Source of the DNA: an uncultured Chloroflexia bacterium
Lineage (GTDB): Bacteria > Chloroflexota > Limnocylindria > Limnocylindrales > CSP1-4
Reading direction: 5' to 3'
Length of the DNA stretch: 64,000 bases
Assembly (NCBI GenBank): GCA_963833535.1
Contig: CAWHYC010000008.1
Location: 457,738-521,737 of the forward strand
Numbering within the stretch: position 1 is the stretch's first letter; the number at the start of each line of letters is the position of its first letter. Positions 29,951 to 38,625 of the stretch are shown one piece after another. The notes beneath the pieces are model-generated. The model worked only from the letters and a program-made list of their open reading frames with translations. It was not told the DNA's origin and made no database searches. The translations under genes and the position numbers were made by a program.

Positions 29951-31218
29951 CCGGCATCGAGGCGAGGCGGGGCCTCCCCAGCCGCATCGAGGCGCGCCTG
30001 GCGGCCGCCAGCCTGCCACCCCTGCCGCGCCTGGCCTGGCTCGAGATCGACCAGGATGCGCTGGCCGGCAACGTATCGGTCGTCCAGCGGCTGGCCGGCC
30101 CCCGGGTCCGCATCGCCGCCGTCGTCAAGGCCGACGGTTACGGGCATGGCCTGGAGGTCGCCGCCCGGGCCTTCCTGGCCGGCGGCGCGACGCTGCTTTG
30201 CGTGGCCACGCTGGACGAGGCCATCGCCCTCCGCGCTGCGGGCATCGGGGCGCCGGTCCTCATCCTCTACCCCATCCCGCCAGAAGCCGCTGCGGCTGCT
30301 GCCGGCGCGCAGGTCGAGCTGGTGGCGGCAGAGGCGGACTCTTTGGCGGCTACGCTGGTCGCCTGGCGAGCTCGGCCGGGCACGGCCATGGGCCCGGCCA
30401 CGCTGCGGCTGCACCTGGAGATCGAGACCGGCCTGGCGCGCGCTGGCTTCCGTCCGAGCGCTGCCGCGGCCGCCGCGCGAGCCATCGCCGACACGCCCGG
30501 CGTCGAGCTGGCCGGCATCTGGAGCCACCTCGCGAGCTCCCACGAGGCCGAGGCGTCGGTCCGCCAGCTGGAGCGCTTCGCGACGGCTGAAGCGGCCCTC
30601 CGGTCGGCCGGCCTGGCGGTGCCGCCCAGACACGTCGCTGCCACCGGCGCGCTGCTGGCGGGCACGGGGCCGAACTTCGAGCTGGTCCGACCCGGACTCG
30701 CGCTCTACGGGGAGCTGCCCGACGCCTTTCCGATCGCCGACGACCGGGCTTTGCTGGCGGCCGAGCTGCGGCCGGCGATGACCCTCAAGGCGCGCGCCAT
30801 CCGCCTGGAGTGGCTCGAGGCCGGTGAGACGGTCGGCTACGGCGGCCGATGGACCGCGCCCAGCCGCTCGCTGCTGGCGACCCTGCCCATCGGCTATGGC
30901 GACGGCTGGGCGCGGGCGTACGGCGGCGGGTCGTCGGCGCTGGTCCGTGGCCGGCGGGTCCCGCTCGTGGGCAGCGTGGCCATGGACGCCGTGATGGCCG
31001 ACGTGACGGCCATCCCGGACATCACCACGGACGACGAGTTCGTGCTCCTCGGCAGCCAGTCGGACGAGCGCATCACGGTCGCCGAACTGGCGCGCGCCCG
31101 CACCACGATCTCGTGGGAAGTCCTCGCTTCGATGGCATACCGGGTAGCCCGGGTGTACCATGCCGCGGCAGGACTTTCCGGTATCCGCACGTTGGCCGGA
31201 GAGTCCTTGGCGCGCTGA
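29947..31218 (+). CDS. alr: Alanine racemase (5' end unresolved: no in-frame ATG/GTG/TTG)
   Basis: LAWLEIDQDALAGN...AAVVKADGYGHG (PLP lysine)...GYGDGW...VGSVAMD...ISWEVL. The only in-frame open stretch begins at the nnrD stop. ATG 29904 and GTG 29925 lie in another frame. See the finding on the alr start. Confidence 0.85.
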   Translation: MTGIEARRGLPSRIEARLAAASLPPLPRLAWLEIDQDALAGNVSVVQRLAGPRVRIAAVVKADGYGHGLEVAARAFLAGGATLLCVATLDEAIALRAAGIGAPVLILYPIPPEAAAAAAGAQVELVAAEADSLAATLVAWRARPGTAMGPATLRLHLEIETGLARAGFRPSAAAAAARAIADTPGVELAGIWSHLASSHEAEASVRQLERFATAEAALRSAGLAVPPRHVAATGALLAGTGPNFELVRPGLALYGELPDAFPIADDRALLAAELRPAMTLKARAIRLEWLEAGETVGYGGRWTAPSRSLLATLPIGYGDGWARAYGGGSSALVRGRRVPLVGSVAMDAVMADVTAIPDITTDDEFVLLGSQSDERITVAELARARTTISWEVLASMAYRVARVYHAAAGLSGIRTLAGESLAR

Positions 31219-31238
31219 TCGAGGGGTAGCGACCACCG

Positions 31239-31766
31239 GTGGCCAAGATCCAGCTCTGGCACGGCGACATCTGCGACCTCGAGGTCGATGCCATCGTCAA
31301 CGCGGCGAGCGCTTCGCTCTGGATGTCGACGGGCGTCGGCGGCGCCATCAAGCACCGCGGCGGTGACGCCATCGAGTTCGAAGCCGTGCGACAGGGACCG
31401 GCTGCCGTCGGCAGCGCCGTGGTCACTGGCCCCGGCCTCCTCGCCTGTCGCCATATCATCCACGCCGTGTCGCTGGGTTCCGACCGGCGGACGAGTGCCG
31501 AGACCATCGGCTCCGCCACGCGGAGCGCCCTGCGCGCGGCAGACGACCTCGGCTGCGAGTCGATCGCCTTCCCGGCGCTGGGCACAGGGGTCGGCGGCTA
31601 TCCGCTCGACGAGGCCGCGCAGGTCATGATCGAGAGCTGTCGGGCGGAGCTGCCCAGCTGCACCAGCGTGACCACGGTCATCTTCGCCCTCAAGGGCACC
31701 GCCACCTATCATGCCTTCGAGGCCGCCCTCGCGGGTGCGGCCGTGACCGTGGCCGGCGCTTCGTGA
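31239..31766 (+). CDS. Macro domain protein (ADP-ribose binding/hydrolase family)
   Basis: 175 aa, GTG start. GDICDLEVDAIVNAAS..L....GVGGAIKHRGG...HIIHAV...ESIAFPALGTGVGGYP is the macro domain signature. Confidence 0.85.
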   Translation: MAKIQLWHGDICDLEVDAIVNAASASLWMSTGVGGAIKHRGGDAIEFEAVRQGPAAVGSAVVTGPGLLACRHIIHAVSLGSDRRTSAETIGSATRSALRAADDLGCESIAFPALGTGVGGYPLDEAAQVMIESCRAELPSCTSVTTVIFALKGTATYHAFEAALAGAAVTVAGAS

Positions 31767-32056
31767 CCGGACCGCGTTTCGCGCCCGAGCCCGAGGCGAG
31801 CGACGAGCTCGTCGAGAGCGTCGCGCGCGAGATCCAGCTGCGCGGCCTGACCGGTCCGGCGATGATGTTCCTGGAGGCCAGCCGGCCTTATCGACCGCTG
31901 GGCAGCCAGGCGATGCTCTTCTTCGATCCGGTCCTGCGCGGCGTCTTCGGCGGCGACCTGGCAGGCGTCCAGCACCTGCTCGCGGACGACACCGGCATCG
32001 ACCGCCTTCTCGATCGACTCGAGGAGATGGACGACGACTTCCGCTGGGACGCCTGA
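31763..32056 (+). CDS. Hypothetical 97-aa protein
   Basis: GTGA overlap with the macro gene. GC3-rich codon usage like its neighbours. I recognise no family. Confidence 0.5.
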   Translation: MTGPRFAPEPEASDELVESVAREIQLRGLTGPAMMFLEASRPYRPLGSQAMLFFDPVLRGVFGGDLAGVQHLLADDTGIDRLLDRLEEMDDDFRWDA

Positions 32057-32135
32057 TCCCGAGCCGTCCCCAGCCTGCCAGCGCTAGCATCCGCGATCGG
32101 CGACGCGGTCGCCCCCGAGGTGGGAGGATTCGCGG

Positions 32136-33764
32136 GTGACCGACCGACTGCCGGCTGCCTTCGCCATCGACCACGGCACCGCGACCACGGCCGCCGCCCT
32201 CATCGCCCACGTCGACGGCCGGGCGCGCATCCTGGCCGCATCGGCCCAGCCCGCTGGCGCACCTCTCGAGCCGCTGCTGGCCGGCCTCGCGGCCGACGTG
32301 CATTCCGTCTCGCCCGAGACGCTCGAGCGGATGGCCGAGTGGCCGGACCTCGAACGACTCGAGAGCGCCACGCGCCAGCCACCGACGATGCTCATCCTGG
32401 GTCCCTCGGAGTCGGCCGTCGGCGCCCTCGCCTGGGCGGCGGAGACGACGGGCTGGCGTGTCAGCGCTCGCTTCGCGGCCGAGGCGAACCGTGTCGTGGC
32501 CATCAGCGAGGCACTCCTCGATCCCGACCTGGAGACGCTTCTGATCGGCGCCACCGATCCGCCGACGGTCGGCGAGCGAGCTCCGCTGGCCGACCTCCTG
32601 GCGCTGGTCTCGGCCGCGCTCGGCCGACGATCTGACCGGCCCGAGATCGTCCTCGCCGGTGGCGCGGTCGAGGCGGCCGAGCGCTTCGATGGAGCCGCCG
32701 TGGTCTTCGCACCGGCGGCTCCGGCGCAGCACGATGTCGCCGGCGGTCCGCTGCGCGACGTGCTGGCCGGCTTGGCAGCGGCGCACACCGACGCCCGAGA
32801 CCCGTCGGCGATGGCCGACGGCCGAGCCGCCCTGGCGCGAGCCACGGCCAGCCTGGCCCGGCTCCTCGACCGGCGTGTCGAGCTCGTCGACGTCGGCGCG
32901 TCGGCCAGCACGCGCATCCTGGCCGACCCGTCGGGTGTCCTGGGCCAGGTCGTGCGGGTCGACGCCGCACTCGCCCCGCGCGATGCGATCGGCGACGACG
33001 CGGTCGCCGACCGAGTGCTTGCCTGGTCGACCATCCGGGCCGATCCAGCGACGCTCCGCGACCGCGTCCGCAACCTGGTGGTAGCGCCCTGGCGGGACGC
33101 CGCCGGGGACGGCGCTCGTTTGCGGCTGGCGGCAGGACGTGCCGCCCTGGCGCACCTCGATGACGGCTGGCGCCTGCCAGCGTCCGCGGACGGGCACCAG
33201 GCCGACTACACGGCGGACCTGCTCATCGTCAGCGGCGGCGCCTTCGCCGGGGCGCCGGCGCCAGCCATCTCGCTCGCCCTCGTGGACACGCTGCGACGCC
33301 CCGGCGCCATGGCGCTGGCGCACGATCATGCCCGCGTCCTGGCGCCCATCGGTGCGCTCGAGAACGAGGAAGATCGGCAGCGCCTGCTGGCGGACCTGCT
33401 GGAGGATGCGCTGGCGCCGCTGGGCAGCGCCATCGTCGCGACCGGCGTCCATTCCGGTCGACACCGCGGCTCGCTGCGCCTGACCACGACCGACGGCGCC
33501 TCCGACCAGGTCGAGCTGGTGGCCGGTGGCGTGCAGCTCCTCGACCTGCCACCCGGGCTGGTGGCGACCGCCGAGTTGACCACGCGCGACGGAGCATGGC
33601 TCGGGGTCCGGTCGCACCGCCTGTCGGTCGACGTCGCCGGCGGGCTTGGCGGCCTGCTCGTCGACACACGCGAGATCCCCCTGCGGCTGCCCGACCGGCC
33701 CGAGCGCCGACGCGACCTGCTCGATGCCTGGCAGCGGCCGCTGTGGTCGGGGACTGAGACGTGA
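32136..33764 (+). CDS. Hypothetical 542-aa protein, possibly a divergent GlmL/MutL-type actin-fold (ASKHA) protein with degenerate phosphate loops
   Basis: GTG 32136 preceded by GGGAGGA. FAIDHGTATTAAALI (compare DxGSTxTK), LLIGATDPP (compare LLxGGTDGG) and ELVDVGASASTRIL (compare DxGGxTTD) sit at the spacing I recall for the GlmL/MutL family. This is from memory, not a search. Confidence 0.45.
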   Translation: MTDRLPAAFAIDHGTATTAAALIAHVDGRARILAASAQPAGAPLEPLLAGLAADVHSVSPETLERMAEWPDLERLESATRQPPTMLILGPSESAVGALAWAAETTGWRVSARFAAEANRVVAISEALLDPDLETLLIGATDPPTVGERAPLADLLALVSAALGRRSDRPEIVLAGGAVEAAERFDGAAVVFAPAAPAQHDVAGGPLRDVLAGLAAAHTDARDPSAMADGRAALARATASLARLLDRRVELVDVGASASTRILADPSGVLGQVVRVDAALAPRDAIGDDAVADRVLAWSTIRADPATLRDRVRNLVVAPWRDAAGDGARLRLAAGRAALAHLDDGWRLPASADGHQADYTADLLIVSGGAFAGAPAPAISLALVDTLRRPGAMALAHDHARVLAPIGALENEEDRQRLLADLLEDALAPLGSAIVATGVHSGRHRGSLRLTTTDGASDQVELVAGGVQLLDLPPGLVATAELTTRDGAWLGVRSHRLSVDVAGGLGGLLVDTREIPLRLPDRPERRRDLLDAWQRPLWSGTET

Positions 33765-34798
33765 TCGCCGAGGCGCCACCGGCGGTGATGCCCATCGCGC
33801 CGGCGGCCGCGGCGATCGTCGAGCCGGTCATCCGGATCCGCCTCGGCATCGGCGATCGATCGCTCATCGAGGCGGGCGTGCACGTCAGCGCCGGCGACCC
33901 CATCGCCGAACGCTTGCGCGACCCCGAGCTGGCCGAGACGCGCCTGGCGGGCATCCAGGAGCCCGAACCGGGAGCCTGGCTGGAGGACGGCACGCCGCTC
34001 GGGGGCAAGCGGCGCAAGGTCGCTTCGCCCGGCCACGGCCGGGTCGTCTACGTCACCCCCGGCGGCACGATGCGCTCGGTGGTCGGTCGGCACATCGAGA
34101 TCGTGCAGGCGCCGGCCGCCGGGGTCGTCGAGGCGGTGCTGGCCACGGCCATCGTGCTGCGCACCGACGGCATCGGCTTCGCGGGCACGATGATGACCGG
34201 CGATCCGACCTCGGGCCACCTGATGATCGGTGTCGCGCGGCCGGATGACGAACTGCCGGTCGCGGCCATCGACGTCCGGGGCGCCGGCGCCATCGTCGTG
34301 GCCGGCGCACGGATCGATGTCGAGGCGCTCACCCGAGCGCGCGCGATGGGCGTCCGTGGCGTCGTGGTCGGTGGTGTCGTCGGCCGCGATCTCCGTTCGT
34401 TCGCCGCCTCCGAAGCCCGCCAGCGGGCCGCCATCCACGCCAGCCCGCCCTTCGCCCTCCTGGTCCTCGACGGCTTCGGCAAGCGTCCCATCCCGCCCGG
34501 TGTCTGGGGCGCCCTCATCGAGGCCGAGGGCCGCGAGGTCGGCATCGCCGCCGATCCGGCCATGATCGTGCTCGACGCAGCCACGGCCATCGCGCCCGTC
34601 GGCCCCGACCGCGTGCGCGCGGCCGCCGGCGAGATGACCGGCCGGACCGGGCGGCTGCTCGAGATCGTCGGGCGTCGGCGCCTGGCGGCCGGCGTCATGG
34701 GCGTCGTCGGCCGGGTCGCCTTCGAGGCCGGCGGCGCCGGCCAACCGCCCGAGGAGCGTACGCTCGCCCTGGCCGACCTGGAGCGCCTCGGTCCGTGA
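33761..34798 (+). CDS. Hypothetical 345-aa protein
   Basis: GTGA overlaps with both the upstream 542-aa gene and downstream tsaE. Ala/Gly/Val-rich with beta-rich end regions. I recognise no family. Confidence 0.5.
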   Translation: MIAEAPPAVMPIAPAAAAIVEPVIRIRLGIGDRSLIEAGVHVSAGDPIAERLRDPELAETRLAGIQEPEPGAWLEDGTPLGGKRRKVASPGHGRVVYVTPGGTMRSVVGRHIEIVQAPAAGVVEAVLATAIVLRTDGIGFAGTMMTGDPTSGHLMIGVARPDDELPVAAIDVRGAGAIVVAGARIDVEALTRARAMGVRGVVVGGVVGRDLRSFAASEARQRAAIHASPPFALLVLDGFGKRPIPPGVWGALIEAEGREVGIAADPAMIVLDAATAIAPVGPDRVRAAAGEMTGRTGRLLEIVGRRRLAAGVMGVVGRVAFEAGGAGQPPEERTLALADLERLGP

Positions 34799-35277
34799 CC
34801 GCGGCCTCGCTGGCGATGCGCGCCGTCACCCGGTGCGCCACGGCTGACCAGACGCGGGCGCTCGGGCGCCGCCTGGCGCTCGTCGCCCAGGGCGGCGATC
34901 GGATCGCCCTCATCGGGCAGCTCGGCGCCGGCAAGACGGAGCTGGCCAAGGGCTTCGCTGCCGGTCTTGGCGTGCTCGAGACGGTTGACAGTCCGTCGTT
35001 CACGTTGATGGCCGAGTACCACGGTCGGCTACCGCTCTTCCACCTCGACCTGTATCGCCTCGGTGGCGCCGACGACGCCTTCGAGGGAGGCCTGCTCGAC
35101 GAGCGCGAGGCCGAGGGCGTGACCCTCATCGAGTGGGGCGACCGATTGGCGGCCGATGTCGACCCCGACCGCCTCGAGGTCCACATCGGTGTCGGCCGCG
35201 ACGACGTCCGGACCATCGAGGTCGTCGCCGCGACCATCGACCAGGCGCGCTTCGTGGCCGCGGTCGCCGAGCAGTGA
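34795..35277 (+). CDS. tsaE: tRNA t6A37 biosynthesis ATPase TsaE
   Basis: 160 aa. P-loop GQLGAGKTE, SPSFTL..EY and HLDLYRL are TsaE/YjeE signatures. Confidence 0.9.
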   Translation: MTAASLAMRAVTRCATADQTRALGRRLALVAQGGDRIALIGQLGAGKTELAKGFAAGLGVLETVDSPSFTLMAEYHGRLPLFHLDLYRLGGADDAFEGGLLDEREAEGVTLIEWGDRLAADVDPDRLEVHIGVGRDDVRTIEVVAATIDQARFVAAVAEQ

Positions 35278-35290
35278 TGGACGAGCGCTG

Positions 35291-35986
35291 ATGTCCGACC
35301 TCTGCCTGGCCATCGACACAGCGACGAGCCGTGCCACGCTCGCGCTCGGGTCGCTGGCCGACGGCTCCCTGGTCGCAAAGGAGACCTGGCCGGGCGGTCA
35401 TGCGCACGCGGAAACCCTCCTGCCGCGGCTCCAGGCGATGCTCGCGGGTGCCGGCGTCGGGCTCGGCGCCATCGGCGCCATCGCTGTCGGTGTCGGACCC
35501 GGTGGCTTCACCGGCCTGCGCGTCGGACTGGCGACCGGCAAGACCCTGGCCCACGGCCTGCAACGCCCGATCGTCGGGGTCGGGACGGCGGCGGCCCTGG
35601 CGGCGGCGACCGGCGAGACCGGCGCCCTGACCGTCTTCCTGCCCGCCGGGCCGCGCGATCGCTACCTCGTCCCGATACCAGACGACGGCATCGGCGCGCG
35701 GCTCCTGGCGCCGGTCGCCTTCGAGGCCTGGCTGGAGGCGCCGGAGCGCCGGTCGGCGATCATGGTCGCGGTCGACCTCGACGACCCCGCCATCCCGGCT
35801 GACGCCCGTCACCGTGGCGCCATCGCCCTCGACGGGCTCGCTGGGGCGCTTCTGCACATCGGCGCCGCGGCCCTCGCTGGCGGTCGGGCCGACGACGTGC
35901 TCGCCCTCGTGCCCGCCTACGTCACGTTGCCGCGCGGGATCGCCCCGGCGGCCGAAGGACCGGCATGGTCGCCCGACCTCCGCTGA
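35291..35986 (+). CDS. tsaB: tRNA t6A37 biosynthesis protein TsaB
   Basis: ATG 35291. LAIDTATSRATLALG..., AVGVGPGGFTGLRVGLATGKTLA is TsaB/YeaZ. Confidence 0.88.
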   Translation: MSDLCLAIDTATSRATLALGSLADGSLVAKETWPGGHAHAETLLPRLQAMLAGAGVGLGAIGAIAVGVGPGGFTGLRVGLATGKTLAHGLQRPIVGVGTAAALAAATGETGALTVFLPAGPRDRYLVPIPDDGIGARLLAPVAFEAWLEAPERRSAIMVAVDLDDPAIPADARHRGAIALDGLAGALLHIGAAALAGGRADDVLALVPAYVTLPRGIAPAAEGPAWSPDLR

Positions 35987-36525
35987 AGCTGGACATCGCG
36001 GCCATGCGGGTCGAGGACATCCCGGCCGTCCATGCCGTCGAGCGGGCCAGCTTCCCCGTGCCCTGGCCGGCCTACGCCTTCCGCCAGGAGCTCGAGACCA
36101 ATCGACTGGCTCGCTACCTGGTCGCCCGCGCCGGTGGTCAGGTGGTCGCCTACGGCGGCATCTGGATGATGGTCGACGAGGCCCACGTGACGACCTTCGC
36201 CGTGCTGCCCGAGCACCGTCGGAGCGGCATCGGCAGCCGGCTCCTGCTGGCGCTCATGGACCTCGCCGTCGAGCTGGCCGCCAGCGTGGCCACGCTCGAG
36301 GTGCGCATCTCCAACGCCGAGGCACGGCGGCTCTACGAACGGTTCGGCTTCCGACCCGTCGGGGTCCGGCCGCACTACTACTCCGACAACAACGAGGACG
36401 CGCTGATCATGACCACCGAGGAGCTGCCCTCGGCCGCCATGCGGGCCAGGCTCGAGAGACTGCGCGCCGAGCTCGATCCCGATCAGCCGCCGAGCGGACC
36501 GTGGGAGCCCGATGGCGACGGCTGA
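35965..36525 (+). CDS. rimI: Ribosomal-protein-alanine N-acetyltransferase RimI (GNAT)
   Basis: 186 aa. V.E..SF..PW..., AVLPEHRRSGIGSRLL, LEVR.SN..A..LYE.FGF. Canonical position between tsaB and tsaD. The start could be a later in-frame ATG. Confidence 0.85.
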   Translation: MVARPPLKLDIAAMRVEDIPAVHAVERASFPVPWPAYAFRQELETNRLARYLVARAGGQVVAYGGIWMMVDEAHVTTFAVLPEHRRSGIGSRLLLALMDLAVELAASVATLEVRISNAEARRLYERFGFRPVGVRPHYYSDNNEDALIMTTEELPSAAMRARLERLRAELDPDQPPSGPWEPDGDG

Positions 36526-37645
36526 GCGTGGGCCGGCCTCGACCGCCGACGCTGACCTTCGTGTCCTGGCCGTCGAGTCGAGCTGTGACGAGACCGCGGT
36601 CGCCGTCATCGAGGGCGGGCGCACGATCGCCGCCTCCGTCGTCGCCAGCCAGACGCCGCTCCACGCGCCGACCGGGGGCATCGTGCCCGAGGTCGCGGCC
36701 CGGGCGCACCTGCGCTGGATGCTGCCGGTCCTCGACGAGGCGCTCGATCGCGCCGGCTTGGTCAGCGCGGCCGATGTCGACGCCATCGCGGTGACCAACG
36801 GCCCGGGCCTGGCGGGCTCGCTCCTGGTCGGCCTGTCGATGGCCAAGACGCTGGCCTTCCTGCACGACCGCCCGCTGGTGCCGGTCAACCACCTCGAAGG
36901 CCACCTCCACGCCGCCTGGCTGCTGGAGCGCGGCGAGTCGCGCCCGCCACCGACCGTCCCGGCCGTCGGCCTCGTCGTCAGCGGCGGCCACACCCTGCTG
37001 GTCGAGATGCGCGGCCCGCTCGATCACCGGCTCCTCGGCCGCACCGTCGACGACGCCGCCGGCGAGGCCTTCGACAAGGTCGGACGGATGCTCGGGCTGC
37101 CGTACCCGGGTGGTCCCGCGATCCAGCTCGCTGCCGAGGCCTGGCTCGCCCCGCAGCCTGGTGTGCGAGGCTCATCCGGTGGCATCGCCGATGCCCAGGC
37201 GCCGTTGCCGCGTGCCTGGCTCGGCGAGACGCTCGATTTCAGCTTCAGCGGCCTCAAGACGGCCGTGCGCCGTCGCCTCATCGAAGCCTGCGGCGGCACG
37301 GCCGACGATGGCGTCTTCATCCCCCACGAGCTCGTCGGCGAGCTTGCGGCAGCGTTCCAGGCATCGGTCGTCGACGTGCTCGCGACCAAGACGGCGGTGG
37401 CCGCCGAGCGCACCTCCGCGCGCTCGATCATCGTCGGCGGCGGGGTGGCCGCCAACGCCGCCCTGCGGGCTGCGCTCGGCAAGCGCGCGGCCGCGTTGGG
37501 CGTGGAGCTGATCATCCCGCGACCGAGCCTGTGCACCGACAACGCGGCCATGATCGGCGCGGCGGGCAGCCTCCGGTTCCTGGCTGGCGAGCGGGCTGGC
37601 CTCGACCTCGGCGCCTCGCCGTCCCTGCGGCTGGTCGTGGGCTGA
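36512..37645 (+). CDS. tsaD: tRNA N6-adenosine threonylcarbamoyltransferase TsaD
   Basis: 377 aa. LAVESSCDETAVAV, NHLEGHLHAA (HxxxH metal site), GGGVAAN. Confidence 0.93.
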   Translation: MATAERGPASTADADLRVLAVESSCDETAVAVIEGGRTIAASVVASQTPLHAPTGGIVPEVAARAHLRWMLPVLDEALDRAGLVSAADVDAIAVTNGPGLAGSLLVGLSMAKTLAFLHDRPLVPVNHLEGHLHAAWLLERGESRPPPTVPAVGLVVSGGHTLLVEMRGPLDHRLLGRTVDDAAGEAFDKVGRMLGLPYPGGPAIQLAAEAWLAPQPGVRGSSGGIADAQAPLPRAWLGETLDFSFSGLKTAVRRRLIEACGGTADDGVFIPHELVGELAAAFQASVVDVLATKTAVAAERTSARSIIVGGGVAANAALRAALGKRAAALGVELIIPRPSLCTDNAAMIGAAGSLRFLAGERAGLDLGASPSLRLVVG

Positions 37646-38625
37646 TGTCCGAGCGAGCGACCAAGGGCTCGTCAGCTTCGGCCGATGCTCGCCTCGTCGA
37701 CCCGCTCGATGCGCGCCACCTCGGACCCGAGTCCCTGCGCCGCTACCTGGCCGCCAACGGCCTCCGTCCGAATCGGCGCTTCAGCCAGAACTTCCTGGCC
37801 GACGCCTCGGTGCTCGAGGCGATCGTGGCAGCGGCCGCGCTCGACGGATCCGCGGCACCGCCCGGCCTGGACGCACGCCGGGTCCTCGAGATCGGGCCCG
37901 GCATCGGCATCCTGACCGGCGCGCTGCTGGCCGCCGGTGCCCAGGTCGTGGCCGTCGAGGTGGATCCGCGGATGGTCGACCACCTGCGCCGGCGCTTCGC
38001 CGACGCCATCGCCGACGCGACCCTCAGGCTCGTCCACGACGACATCCTCGAGCGCGCCGTCGGGGATCTCGTGGCGCCGCCATGGGACCTGGTGGCCAAC
38101 GTCCCGTACCACATCACCAGCCCGATCCTGCACCATGTCCTGGCTGACGAGCCGCGGCCCGACCGCTTCGTGCTGATGGTCCAACGGGAGGTCGCCGAGC
38201 GCATCGCGGCGCCACCGGGTGGCATGAGCTACCTCTCGGTCTTCGTCCAGTACCACGCCGACGTCTCGATCCGGCAGGTCGTGCCGGCGTCGGCCTTCGA
38301 GCCCGCGCCGGAGGTCGATTCCGCGGTGCTGGTCGGGCGGACTCGAGCCCGGCGCCTCGATGCCGAGGGCGAGGAGACGCTCTGGCGGGTCGTCCAGGCG
38401 GGCTTCCGCGAGCGTCGCAAGATGCTCCACAACGTCCTGCCGCGCCAGCTGCCCTGGCTGGGGCGCGAACGCGTCGAGGCTGCCTTGCTGGCCTGCGACA
38501 TCGCTCCCGATCGGCGACCGCAGACGCTCTCGGTCGAGGCGTGGATGGCGATCGCTGCGGCCATCGGCCCGCTCGATGCCGGCACACCGCCTGCCGAGCA
38601 CCAGGCAGCGGGCGGCCGACCGTGA
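37645..38625 (+). CDS. rsmA: 16S rRNA (adenine1518/1519-N6)-dimethyltransferase RsmA/KsgA
   Basis: ATG 37645 overlaps the tsaD TGA. FSQNFL, LEIGPGIGILT (SAM motif), ANVPYHITSPIL. Confidence 0.9.
   Translation: MSERATKGSSASADARLVDPLDARHLGPESLRRYLAANGLRPNRRFSQNFLADASVLEAIVAAAALDGSAAPPGLDARRVLEIGPGIGILTGALLAAGAQVVAVEVDPRMVDHLRRRFADAIADATLRLVHDDILERAVGDLVAPPWDLVANVPYHITSPILHHVLADEPRPDRFVLMVQREVAERIAAPPGGMSYLSVFVQYHADVSIRQVVPASAFEPAPEVDSAVLVGRTRARRLDAEGEETLWRVVQAGFRERRKMLHNVLPRQLPWLGRERVEAALLACDIAPDRRPQTLSVEAWMAIAAAIGPLDAGTPPAEHQAAGGRP

Noticed and set aside
28723-31218. The 831-aa ORF spanning acpS, nnrD and alr, and the Arg-rich 506-aa ORF 56966..58486.
   Set aside because: Only the last 420 or so codons of the first ORF (alr) are real. 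The upstream part is an alternative frame of acpS/nnrD with Arg/Gly/Pro junk composition. The second ORF is a composite of out-of-frame and in-frame DUF2252 segments.
30894-33779. Very long antisense ORFs: 961 aa at 30894..33779(-), 830 aa at 23086..25578(-), 676 aa at 46573..48603(-), 544 aa at 12973..14607(-), 558 aa at 49759..51435(-), and many others.
   Set aside because: They lie opposite well-supported genes (alr, cdaR/glmM, glyQS, secY). They translate to Arg/Ala/Gly/Pro-rich low-complexity sequence and are expected by chance in roughly 70% GC DNA, where stop codons are rare. The last part of 49759..51435(-) is simply one frame of the frameshifted FNR gene.
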